Source of the DNA: a virus
IMG/VR virus record: IMGVR_UViG_3300036715_000153
Coordinates: 64,001 to 128,000 of that record
Reading direction: 5' to 3' (one strand)
DNA length: 64,000 bases
The position numbers and the translations under genes are program-made. Positions within the stretch are counted from its first letter, which is position 1; every line of letters begins with the position of its first letter. This document shows positions 8,597-19,236 of this stretch, one piece after another. Under the pieces are notes generated by a model. That model had not been told where the DNA came from. It did no database searches and was given only the letters and a program-made list of their open reading frames with translations.

Positions 8597-10078
8597 TTAA
8601 ACCGTTGTCATTACACGATTACCTGTGCCTGTATTTGCAATAGCAGCAAATACAGTTCCGTTCCATGCTATACCGAGCCAATTATTATCAGCCGCACTAG
8701 CTCTGATCGTCCAGGTAATACCATCTGGTGATGTCATTACTCTGTTACCTGTACCGGCATCTGCAACTGCTGCAAATACCGTACCGTTCCACGCTATACC
8801 TGTCCAATCAATATCGGCTGCACTAGTCCTTATCGTCCAGGTAATACCATCTGGGCTAGTCATTACACGATTACCTGTTCCGGTATATGCAACAGCCGCA
8901 AATACAGTTCCGTTCCATGCTATACTGTACCAATTATTATCAGCTGGAGAAGTTCTGATCGTCCACGTTATTCCATCTGGGCTAGTCATTACTCTGTTGC
9001 CTGTACCAGTCTCAGCAACAGCAGCAAATACTGTGCCGTTCCACGCGATAGCGCGCCAAGAATTATCAGCTGCACTAGCTCTGAGTGTCCAGGTAATACC
9101 ATCAGGACTAGTCATTACTCTATTGCCAGTGCCTGTATATGCAACAGCAGCAAATACGGTGCCGTTCCACGCTATACCACTCCAACTATTATCGGCTGCA
9201 CTAGTCCTTATCGTCCAGGTAATACCATCTGGGCTAGTCATTACACGATTACCTGTTCCGGTATATGCAACAGCCGCAAATACCGTTCCATTCCACGCAA
9301 TAGCGCGCCAATTATTATCAGCTGCACTAGCTCTGAGCGTCCAGGTAATGCCGTCCGGCGATGTCATTACACGATTACCTGTTCCGGTATCTGCGACAGC
9401 TGCAAATACTGTACCGTTCCACGCGATAGCGAGCCAATTATTATCAGCTGCGCTAGTTCTCGAATTCCACCTAGACCCAGTTATCCGAGAATCTGTATAT
9501 TTCGATGTTTCGACTACCTGTCCACCATAACCTTGTATGCTGGTTGGTGGCGATGCCCATGCTCCAGCTGTTACTTGAGATGTTAGAATAAAACCAATTA
9601 GTCTATAAGGTAAATTTGTCCTGGCAGTGGTCGAATAAGCAACCGTCGAATAGTCAGATGATGTACTAATTGCTGTGGTTGATATTAACCCAGTTTCGGA
9701 TAAATCTATAGCCAACTGACCAGCAGAGTTTACAACGAATAGCTCTGCTGTACCGCCGTTGTTCATGACGCCTACGATAAGACGAGCACCCACATTACTG
9801 AATGTTCCTAGTGTAGCTGTCGACGGAACTACCAGATTATCGGGAGTAGCATTAAACGAGCTAACACTACCACTGCCAAGCGTAGCAGAACGGAAGGTCA
9901 TGTATTTTGCTGATGCGCCGATTGTTAAAGCATTAGATGCAACTGTTGCAGTTATAGTAGGAAGTTCGTCATTAGTAACTAGAACAGGATCGCCTGCACT
10001 ATTTACCACGATACTATTACCTACATTGCTAGACTTGAAAAGTCGGGCTAACTTTGATATTGAAAAAGCGTTAGACAT
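8597..10078 (-). CDS. Tail fibre/receptor-binding protein with 7-bladed Asp-box beta-propeller
   Basis: Seven 42-aa repeats; six end in the Asp-box S-P-D-G-I-T-W. Confidence 0.8.
   Translation of the reverse strand: MSNAFSISKLARLFKSSNVGNSIVVNSAGDPVLVTNDELPTITATVASNALTIGASAKYMTFRSATLGSGSVSSFNATPDNLVVPSTATLGTFSNVGARLIVGVMNNGGTAELFVVNSAGQLAIDLSETGLISTTAISTSSDYSTVAYSTTARTNLPYRLIGFILTSQVTAGAWASPPTSIQGYGGQVVETSKYTDSRITGSRWNSRTSAADNNWLAIAWNGTVFAAVADTGTGNRVMTSPDGITWTLRASAADNNWRAIAWNGTVFAAVAYTGTGNRVMTSPDGITWTIRTSAADNSWSGIAWNGTVFAAVAYTGTGNRVMTSPDGITWTLRASAADNSWRAIAWNGTVFAAVAETGTGNRVMTSPDGITWTIRTSPADNNWYSIAWNGTVFAAVAYTGTGNRVMTSPDGITWTIRTSAADIDWTGIAWNGTVFAAVADAGTGNRVMTSPDGITWTIRASAADNNWLGIAWNGTVFAAIANTGTGNRVMTTV
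8600..9469 (-). repeat. Seven 126-bp in-frame tandem repeats
   Basis: Unit WTIRTSAADNNWxxIAWNGTVFAAVAxTGTGNRVMTSPDGIT; period 126 nt (ccaggtaata at 8711 and 8837). Confidence 0.95.
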
Positions 10079-10159
10079 TTATTATTTCCTTTACTGTGGA
10101 ACCTCTCAGTTCCTATTGAAGTCTGGTTAAAATCGTTAACCAATCAACATTTTATTTAT

Positions 10160-10205
10160 AACAGGTGCATAAAACGTAACAGTCTTTAGCTGTTACGCAG
10201 CCGAC
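10160..10205 (+). mobile_element. Solo IS605-type end (left-end/right-end fusion, PATE/MITE-like scar)
   Basis: TTAT|aacaGGTGCATAAAA-CGTAACAGTCTTTAGCTGTTACG-CAGCCGAC: left-end leader, one hairpin, right-end tail of the element at 13942-15482. Confidence 0.85.
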
Positions 10206-10206
10206 T

Positions 10207-11592
10207 TTATATATCCGACGACAATATAATTTTATTTGTGGCAGTATTATTGTTTCTTAGTCCGCAAACCTGTCCTGTGACTAAACCAGAAGCAACATTA
10301 ATAATTAGATTTAACTTGTTGGTGTCTGCAGTTGCCGAGCCGTTTATAGCAATAGAAGTAGTTGTTACTCTACTAACCCCCACCTCTAACTCGAATAGGT
10401 TAGCAGTAAGTGTATTTTCTATCACAGGGATAGATATCATCCCACGAACATCAACCTCGACCAGTGCGCTTGATGCAGATATACACTGACCATTTCCAAT
10501 TTGTCCATATAACGAAGTATTACCTATGTTTCGTACACGCTCCTGACACCTAGCCAACATCTCAGCTCTGCTAACTGAGGCTGATGTGGGTTGAGTGCCT
10601 TTATTAATTCTCATGTTTGAAATAGCCCAGACGTTTCCTACTGTAGCTAGGTCGTTAACTTGGTTGGCAGTGCATCTATAACCTCCTGCTATCCACTGAT
10701 CGACTGATGCGGTTTGATAAGTAGAACCGCCAGAATGAGATATCATTAATCTTACTCCAATCCCTGTAGTATAATTCCACGTTCCAGCAGTGGGTAATCC
10801 ACCTACTACAGTAAATTGATATTCATTCCACGTGTTTGCTACGGCGACATTAATCTCATGTACATAGGATAGATCGGCACCACTATTTGTGAGCGCTACG
10901 CCATGAATACCAGCAAGCGGAAATTTTGCCCAGAATGCTACCGTGAAGGTATTACCAACTAGATCGTAATTAACAATATCGTAGCCTGTAATTTTATGGT
11001 TATCCACCATCGTATCGCTTGCCACAGTTGTAGTATCTGCCGTTGTGACTGTAACTTGCCGCGATTTTCTACCCGTCGTATGACCAGTTCCTTGACTTAC
11101 ATCTAATACTGCTGATGTCGAATTTCCATTTGACCAACCATCAAGATCGCCTGCTGTATTTGCCGCTGATACAAAGCTAGTCCCGCGCTGAGCAATATCA
11201 AAATTTGGATTCAAGGCAGCGTTGGGCGTGGAGATTGTTGCCCCATTAATTGTTGAGGCGGAGAACTGCTGAGCAGAATCGCCGGCTAGATTAGCTTTAC
11301 CTGCAAGCAACACATCTGCATCAGATTTGCTATAACTGTTTACAGGTGCATCGGCGTATCTAGCAAGTGCAAATACCTCGTCACCTACCGATAGCGGAAC
11401 AGTCATTGTAAAGGAAGTACCACTAGTAGCAGTATAATCCACAGCACTCGATTGAATTGCTCCGTTTACGAATACATCTAAAAAACCAGGAGTATATCCA
11501 ATATTGAATACTGTCTGTCCAGCAGTAGCAACAACGGTTTGTCTATTCTCGTTGTTGGATGACGAAACGGGCTCTTTACCGATATATGACAT
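10207..11592 (-). CDS. Tail fibre/receptor-binding protein
   Basis: MSYIG N-terminus; ATAGQTVF...DVFVNG...DYTATSGTS adaptor; NPNFDIAQRGTSF carbohydrate-binding-like domain. Confidence 0.8.
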   Translation of the reverse strand: MSYIGKEPVSSSNNENRQTVVATAGQTVFNIGYTPGFLDVFVNGAIQSSAVDYTATSGTSFTMTVPLSVGDEVFALARYADAPVNSYSKSDADVLLAGKANLAGDSAQQFSASTINGATISTPNAALNPNFDIAQRGTSFVSAANTAGDLDGWSNGNSTSAVLDVSQGTGHTTGRKSRQVTVTTADTTTVASDTMVDNHKITGYDIVNYDLVGNTFTVAFWAKFPLAGIHGVALTNSGADLSYVHEINVAVANTWNEYQFTVVGGLPTAGTWNYTTGIGVRLMISHSGGSTYQTASVDQWIAGGYRCTANQVNDLATVGNVWAISNMRINKGTQPTSASVSRAEMLARCQERVRNIGNTSLYGQIGNGQCISASSALVEVDVRGMISIPVIENTLTANLFELEVGVSRVTTTSIAINGSATADTNKLNLIINVASGLVTGQVCGLRNNNTATNKIILSSDI

Positions 11593-11593
11593 G

Positions 11594-12136
11594 TTAAGTC
11601 CTCACTGCTATTGACATGTCGATATTCAATGTATTAGCAGAGCTTACACTAATAAACAGTTTTTCTCCTGCCAGCAGAGTGAGTTTCGGCATGGGTAGCG
11701 CACCACCGTAGGGGATAATGATATTGTTAAATATATTACTATAGGTCACTCCATCAACAAGGAGTCGATCGACTGTTACCAGACGATCGAGCTTTGATAC
11801 GTCATCAATGTTAGATACTGTACCAGTGAATATGGTGGCTGTAAGTCCAGCAGTTGAAGCTGTGGTATAAACTAAAACCCTACCTAAGGTGACTGTGGTC
11901 GAAGCGATCGTTGATTGTGTTACAGATAGGTTATACGTACCAGTTCCACCTGTGCCTGTACCTAGAGATGAGATAGTTGTACCTGCTACAATTCCAGCCA
12001 CGTGGACTAGCTGACCGACTGCTACAGCTCCAAGTGTAACGGAGGTTACCGTCAATACTGTGCCTGATATTGAACCTACTACTACAGCCGATCCAATATT
12101 GGGTTTAAGATTTATTGCATTGAGTGCTATTGTCAT
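11594..12136 (-). CDS. Putative tail/fibre adaptor protein
   Basis: Beta-rich, in the fibre cluster; contains the VGQ...GIVAGTTISS decoration segment. Confidence 0.6.
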   Translation of the reverse strand: MTIALNAINLKPNIGSAVVVGSISGTVLTVTSVTLGAVAVGQLVHVAGIVAGTTISSLGTGTGGTGTYNLSVTQSTIASTTVTLGRVLVYTTASTAGLTATIFTGTVSNIDDVSKLDRLVTVDRLLVDGVTYSNIFNNIIIPYGGALPMPKLTLLAGEKLFISVSSANTLNIDMSIAVRT

Positions 12137-12142
12137 ATTTTA

Positions 12143-12337
12143 TTATCCACCGAAAAGTAGCGCGTTCAAGAAAGAATCATCAGCTGCTGTTGCTTTCACT
12201 TCATTGACTGCAGCAACGATAGATGATGTGTCCGCTGTTGTTAATAGAGTTATATCACCTACTGCACTATCAGTTGCATTAGTGTTAGCCCGCCACTCAT
12301 CGAACGTATTATCTAAGGTAGTTTGGTGTATAGTCAT
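12143..12337 (-). CDS. Small structural protein
   Basis: FDEWRANTN and SIVAAVNEV motifs of T4-like fibre/neck proteins; late motif at 12365-12372. Confidence 0.6.
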   Translation of the reverse strand: MTIHQTTLDNTFDEWRANTNATDSAVGDITLLTTADTSSIVAAVNEVKATAADDSFLNALLFGG

Positions 12338-12367
12338 ATAGTGTAACCTTGTTATTTATCTGTTAAT

Positions 12368-13813
12368 TTAGTTGACGTTATGCCAAACTATTCCACCACG
12401 AACTTCTGTTTCTGGTTCGTCTCTCGCCATCGCAATAGATAGTATCTGTGGTAACATATCGTGTGCTAGTCTATCTTTATATGCAGCTAATACTGCCGCT
12501 CTCGCATCGCTGTTGTTGAGCGATTTAAAATATTCTTGAGTTGTAGCCCAAGCAAATAACACGATCGTCATAACCATATCGTCGTGTGCATTATCGTCTG
12601 CCTCGTACGAAGATCCTTTACTAATAAACGTAGAGAACTCTGAAATCGTCGCTTCGTCGTTTATAATAAGCAAGTCTGACTCGATAATCTGTTTTGCATT
12701 CGAACAACCGATGCGCTTCGTACGCTTGTCTGTCCTCAATCCGTTCTGCTGTTGCATTGATGCACCAGACATTAACTGTTGTCCGTGTTTAGTAGATTGC
12801 CCTACCCACGCAACGTTCTCGTAACCAAACTCATATACTAGCGTATCTGCGACTTGTTTACCCGTAGACTGAATCTCAATCAATACAAATGCTGTGTTAT
12901 ATTTAGTTGCAGTTTGATATATGAAGTCCGGGAATACCATAGGATTCATTCTATTATTCTTATACGTTGCGACCTGATTATACGGTTTAGCCGTAATGTC
13001 TATTACGCTGAATGCAGACGAATCCCCACCCACACCTTCAGAGCAGTCGACTGTCATCATGTATTGGTGACCTTCAATCGGGGATTGGTATATTTTTAAA
13101 TTGTTATGAATTAGTTCTGGATTAGCGTGTACTAGCTTGCGTAGTGTTTGTGAGTTTAATAGCGTACCAGATGAACCGATAAACTCTGCACCAAACTCTT
13201 GGTCGAACGTTTCTTGACCAATGTTAGAAATCGTATCTGCTTTCCATTTCTCATCTCTACCCGGTACGTCCCACCAGTTGATAGAGTTGGCTACGAACAG
13301 CGAACGTTTTGACTCCGCGTCTACCCACAGCTTATAGAAATGATTCAGACCTTTGGGTGTAGACACCAAGATAACCTTAGTTTCTTGACCAGATGAAATA
13401 GTGGGATATACTGAGTCCCAGAACTCTGCCCACTGAGTGCCCATGATAAAAGCTACCTCGTCTACAAACAGCAGACTGATGGACGTATTGTGTGAAACTA
13501 TTCCGTTGGCATAATATTTATTATCTTTAACCACGAATGCAGGATCGTACATCTTCTTACTACAGTTTATAATAGTTTTACTCGATACTTTACTTATACC
13601 CGATTCTGTCACTAACGCTGCACCATTGCGAATAGATGATGCCTTTTTCCATCCTCGATCAGTCATTAACGGGTGGTTGGGAGTTACTTCTATAGAATTA
13701 CCATTGATTGTCTCGAATTTAATAGTTTCGTCTGTGTCATATACAGCGACACCCGAAAAATCGGACCACCCGTCTGGTGTAAGTATTTCCCAATCGGTGT
13801 TATTTAGAAACAC
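12368..13813 (-). CDS. terL: Terminase large subunit, C-terminal half, fused to a C-intein
   Basis: After the intein (...GIVSHN): TSISLLFVDE (Walker B), VSTPKG, QEFGAEFIGS, and nuclease residues MTVDCSEG and HDDMVM. Confidence 0.95.
   Translation of the reverse strand: MFLNNTDWEILTPDGWSDFSGVAVYDTDETIKFETINGNSIEVTPNHPLMTDRGWKKASSIRNGAALVTESGISKVSSKTIINCSKKMYDPAFVVKDNKYYANGIVSHNTSISLLFVDEVAFIMGTQWAEFWDSVYPTISSGQETKVILVSTPKGLNHFYKLWVDAESKRSLFVANSINWWDVPGRDEKWKADTISNIGQETFDQEFGAEFIGSSGTLLNSQTLRKLVHANPELIHNNLKIYQSPIEGHQYMMTVDCSEGVGGDSSAFSVIDITAKPYNQVATYKNNRMNPMVFPDFIYQTATKYNTAFVLIEIQSTGKQVADTLVYEFGYENVAWVGQSTKHGQQLMSGASMQQQNGLRTDKRTKRIGCSNAKQIIESDLLIINDEATISEFSTFISKGSSYEADDNAHDDMVMTIVLFAWATTQEYFKSLNNSDARAAVLAAYKDRLAHDMLPQILSIAMARDEPETEVRGGIVWHNVN
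13487..13813 (-). other. C-intein (109 aa) of an atypically split intein
   Basis: MFLNNTDWEILTPDGW; block B TPNH; block F MYD; block G SHN followed by +1 Thr. Confidence 0.9.
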
Positions 13814-13926
13814 GAATCCGCCCGAGCTGGTAAGAAGTTAACTAACAAGTCGTGACGGTCATGCATCACTTCCCCGTGATTTACATCGATCGACAGCTTA
13901 GTTATGTAAAATGATTGAGTCATCAT
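13804..13926 (-). CDS. 40-aa bridging ORF overlapping the C-intein start
   Basis: AAGGAG RBS; MMTQSFYITKLSIDVNHGEVMHDRHDLLVNFLPARADSCF*; its last codons overlap the GTG at 13813. Confidence 0.45.
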   Translation of the reverse strand: MMTQSFYITKLSIDVNHGEVMHDRHDLLVNFLPARADSCF

Positions 13927-13988
13927 TGAAATCTCCTTTATCTTTGGTGCATAAAACGTAACAGTCTTTAGCTGTTACGATGTAGCAC

Positions 13989-14139
13989 CTATCCCTGATT
14001 TAAAATATACTGTTTTACTGTCTCCGTTGATGCTTGTCCAGTCGATGCTACAAAATATCCATTAGACCAAAAAGTTCTTTCTTTCCAAAAATATTTAGAA
14101 AGATCAAAATGTTTCCAAATTTCAATAGTTGTTTTCCAT
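13989..14139 (-). pseudogene. tnpA: Internally deleted Y1 transposase
   Basis: ATG GAA AAC AAC TAT joined out of frame to KTTIEIWKHFDLSKYFWKERTFWSNGYFVASTGQASTETVKQYILNQG*, the TnpA C-terminus with the YIxxQ catalytic Tyr. The HUH region is missing. Confidence 0.85.
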
Positions 14140-15329
14140 AATATATTATTTAGTGAAATATATTTTCAATTTATAGTGAAATATTAAAAATGATAACTAA
14201 ATAGTAGTATGGAATTCAAAGCATACAAATTCAGAATATACCCAACAAAGGAACAAGAGAAAACTCTTGCTAAGTTCTTTGGTGCCAAACGATGGATTTT
14301 TAATCATTATCTTCACGAAAATAAACAACGCTTTCAGAATAAAGAAAAGCACCTTTCTAATTTCGATATTAACTATGATATTACAACTCTTAAAACATTA
14401 GAAGAAACTTCTTGGTTAAAAGAAATTGATTCTATATTACTACAGAACGCCAGTGAAGATTTACACACTGCATATTCGAATTTCTTTAATTCTATAACTG
14501 GTAAACGTAAAGGTCCTTCTATTTCGATCCCTAAGTATAAGTCGAAATATGATAAACAATCATATCGTACTCGCGGTGTAAAGGTGAACTTCGACGATAA
14601 TATAATAACTTTACCAAAAATTAAGAAAGTCAAGGCAGCTATTCATCGTAAATTCACTGGTAATATTAAATCATCGACAGTTTCAAAAACTGCATCTGGT
14701 CAGTATTATATTTCAATACTCGTTGAGGAAGATATTAAACTACTTCCTGCATCTGGTATCGAAATTGGTATTGATCTTGGTATCAAAGACTTGTGTATTT
14801 TGTCTAATGGTATCAAGTTTCAATCTCCTAGAATATTACTAGCAAAAGCCACGCTAGAATTAAAGAAGCAACAACGTAAACTAAGTAGAAAGCAAAAGAA
14901 TTCTAAAAATAGAGCCAAGCAGAAAATTAAGGTAGCTAAAGCATATCAACGAATAACAAATATTCGTAATGCTTACTATCACGAAATTTCTAATTATCTC
15001 GTTACGAATTTCGATGCAATATACATGGAAAGTCTCAATGTAAAAGGAATGCTAAAGAATCGTAAATTAAGTAGATCAATTCAAGAGTCTAGTTGGTCGA
15101 CATTAGTTAATATGATTCAATATAAAGCAGGATTTTACGGTAAAACTTTTCATCAAATTGGTAGATTTGTTCCTTCGACAAAAACATGTTCGTGCTGTAA
15201 TCATAAATTAGATTCGATTTCTCTTTCTACTAGAGAATGGTCTTGTCCGGTGTGCAATACACTTCACGACAGAGACCTGAATGCAGCATCGAATATTAAA
15301 AATTTCGGTCAATTAGATGTATATGATCG

Positions 15330-16560
<1,231 letters not shown>

Positions 16561-16564
<4 letters not shown>

Positions 16565-17466
16565 GGTGTCACCACTATAGTAGAATCGAGTTGTTCGCTA
16601 TCCATGTCAAATAAAGTCATCGTCGCAGTCTGAATAGTCTTATTACCCAACGTGTTCAACGAAACAGTTGCAGCCGGATTCGTTGCGGTAGAATTAGTAG
16701 ACACTGTAAATGATGTACTATTTATGATGCCAGTTACGTATGTGCTAACAACAAATCCAGTCCCAGTTAATAGCTGCCCGATTTTAATTCCAGCAGTAGA
16801 TGCGATAGTAACTACATTAGATCCAGTCGTTATACCTATCGTAATCGTTTGGATGTTATTGGAGCCCATAACAGGACCGAACATATATGTCTTGATAGTA
16901 AAGCTCAACGTCCACTGGATATCTCTTGCCTCCCCGTAATCTGAGTCTGGGGTATTGTCTTGATAGTCAACTCCATTGAGAACGACTGGAGTATCCTTTA
17001 CGATGTTAAGCGTAGGGAAGTCTTTAGTCTTGATTACAAATTCTGGATTGAAGAACGGTAGTATCTGTTCTACGATCTGTAACCCGTCCTCGATATTAGC
17101 AACAGCAATATATAACTCCATCTGGATATTATATGGCACAGGCTGCATCTGTGTAGCCATCGTGGTAGGCGATGTACTATATTTGGTTAATTGTGTTTGT
17201 TGGATTTTTCTATCTATGTCATATTCAAACGACAACATGTTGAATGCCATTCTGGGAACGACTCGCTTCATGTTATAGTTTAATCCGGGGTCTTCCGCTT
17301 TTCTGGAATACGCCTTATCGGCAGACGAGAATGACAGTGGTACGTTGACCACCTGTGAGGGCGCAGTGCCGGCAGTACGTACTATTTGAATGTCATTAAA
17401 CAAGCTCCCGAATGCAGAGATTATAGACTTAGTATGTGCTGTATAAAATGGTGGGTTGTTTAGCAT
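16561..17466 (-). CDS. gp15: Tail sheath stabiliser/terminator
   Basis: AFGSLFNDI, PRMAF, PVPYNI, QIVEQILPFFNP; extra domain near the C-terminus. Confidence 0.92.
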
Positions 17467-17625
17467 GTATGTGTTTGATTATTATTTGTTTTTATTTATT
17501 TAGCAGTTTAATGCATGATTAACAGACATTTAACGTATCTATATCACATTATTGGTAAAATCGTGAAATCTGTCGAAAATTTACGTTTAAAATCAGTAAC
17601 ATACAACCACGATTTTCACATATTT

Positions 17626-18318
17626 TCACGGAGTCCCGAACGGCGAATTCTCATCAAACGTTAGAAACTGATTAGACATATCTTGTACGGTTTGATTGCT
17701 TGCCCACGGATCAGTATTTACATTAGGGTTAACTGTAATATCATTACTGAAATCTGCTTCCTGCGAATCGACTGCGGGCACACCTGTCTGTAGACTTTCT
17801 GATGAATATGACCACTTCTCACACGTAACCGAAAGAGTATGGTGTATGCCCAGAGGGAACCAACCAATAGACTCAAACTTATCTATGAATGAAATCTTAA
17901 AGAAGTCGGTTGAACCGAACATAGGGAACTCATCCTGCATAGGTATAAACACGATATACCCTTCCATAGGTCGCAATGCACCGGGACCAGTAACACCATT
18001 GGCTGCAGCTATCTCTCTCCACTCCTTAGCAGATATATGAAAACTGAATTCTTCGTTGTTAGTAAACCCAAACTTGGTGAATAATGCATCACCAGATACA
18101 CCGTTTTTAGCATCTTCAAATATAACTGGTACCTTGAATGCCTTAGATAACACAGGCATACGGTCTTCTCTGAAGAAAGTATCTACGTTATTAAACTCGT
18201 TAGGAATTACATATATCTCTACCCCATATAGCTGAGTTAGTTCTTGAGATAAAGACTCTATAAGTCTACGCTCAGAGTTAGTGCTCGGATTGGTTTGAAA
18301 ATATTGTGATTTAGCCAT
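17626..18318 (-). CDS. gp14: Neck protein
   Basis: LYGVEIYVIP, TKFG, RPMEG, YSSESLQTGV, FDENSPFG. Confidence 0.88.
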   Translation of the reverse strand: MAKSQYFQTNPSTNSERRLIESLSQELTQLYGVEIYVIPNEFNNVDTFFREDRMPVLSKAFKVPVIFEDAKNGVSGDALFTKFGFTNNEEFSFHISAKEWREIAAANGVTGPGALRPMEGYIVFIPMQDEFPMFGSTDFFKISFIDKFESIGWFPLGIHHTLSVTCEKWSYSSESLQTGVPAVDSQEADFSNDITVNPNVNTDPWASNQTVQDMSNQFLTFDENSPFGTP

Positions 18319-18319
18319 A

Positions 18320-19057
18320 TCAGCCTACCATCATCATTGCAGGCAAACTATACATATCTATAAGCTCTTGTTTTAGCTCTTTGATCTCTTCGGTAGCCTC
18401 TTGTTTTAACTCTTGACCGCTGAACAAAAGACCGCCGGGGAGTGCAACTTGAGAATACTTGGACAAGACATTGGACCAAACGAGCTTGATCAGTGCCACC
18501 GTGTAATTCTGTAACCACTCATCGCCCCATATCAGGGAGTTTGATGTTGGGTCGACAGCCGACCACCCTTCGAGTATCATATATGAATCAACCGGAATCG
18601 TATCCCAGTCTAGGTCGAGGCTCACCTTACCAACCACACGGTTAAACCTAATAGGCTTTTCTCCACTGGTTAGCATAGAGATAGTAGAACGGTAGTTCAT
18701 CAGTAGTTGATATGATGCCATACCAGTACCACGCATTGCCTGCCATAGCGCATCGGACGCAAGGATAAAGCTAGTGTTCAGTACATTAGATCCAACGCCG
18801 GATTGGAATTGAAACAGACGAGTCACACCTGTGATACTGGATGGGACAGGTATGTACTTGTTCGTTATATCGTCTTGTGTGACCTTATGGGGAATATACA
18901 CCAACTCTGTGCCGTTGTAGTGTACGCGCTGAAACAACGAGATAGCCTTGTCGATTTGATCCTCGATTTGAATATCGGCAACGTTGATCGTTATAACTGG
19001 TGAACCAAGTTGTCTCAAACAAAAATCCTTAAACTCGTCGCGAGTTGATGGTATCAT
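18320..19057 (-). CDS. gp13: Neck (head-tail adaptor) protein
   Basis: CLRQLGSPVITINVA, WLQNYTVALIKLVWSNVLSKY, LPGG. Confidence 0.92.
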   Translation of the reverse strand: MIPSTRDEFKDFCLRQLGSPVITINVADIQIEDQIDKAISLFQRVHYNGTELVYIPHKVTQDDITNKYIPVPSSITGVTRLFQFQSGVGSNVLNTSFILASDALWQAMRGTGMASYQLLMNYRSTISMLTSGEKPIRFNRVVGKVSLDLDWDTIPVDSYMILEGWSAVDPTSNSLIWGDEWLQNYTVALIKLVWSNVLSKYSQVALPGGLLFSGQELKQEATEEIKELKQELIDMYSLPAMMMVG

Positions 19058-19236
19058 TCTTTGTCCCTCAATTCCAGTATCATTTTTAGCATGACATCAT
19101 TTTTCATTTTTAGTTGCCTAACCTCATTCTCCAATTCAAGTATCCTTGCAGGGAACGATTCCTCGGTTTGTTTCTTTTGGTGTGCAATTAAAAATTGCAA
19201 CCTTTCACTTGGTATATCGCTAGATGGCAAGCGCAA
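19054..19236 (-). CDS. Small coiled-coil hypothetical protein
   Basis: 60 aa, overlaps both neighbours on the coding strand. Confidence 0.5.
   Translation of the reverse strand: MRLPSSDIPSERLQFLIAHQKKQTEESFPARILELENEVRQLKMKNDVMLKMILELRDKE

Noticed and set aside
8600-9469. CRISPR array
   Set aside because: The repeats are 126-bp in-frame coding units without unique spacers, and there are no cas genes.
7361-9530. Long plus-strand ORFs 7361..8104 and 8625..9530, and similar ones such as 597..869
   Set aside because: Antisense shadows of Thr/Gly/Ala-rich minus-strand structural genes, with no motifs of their own.
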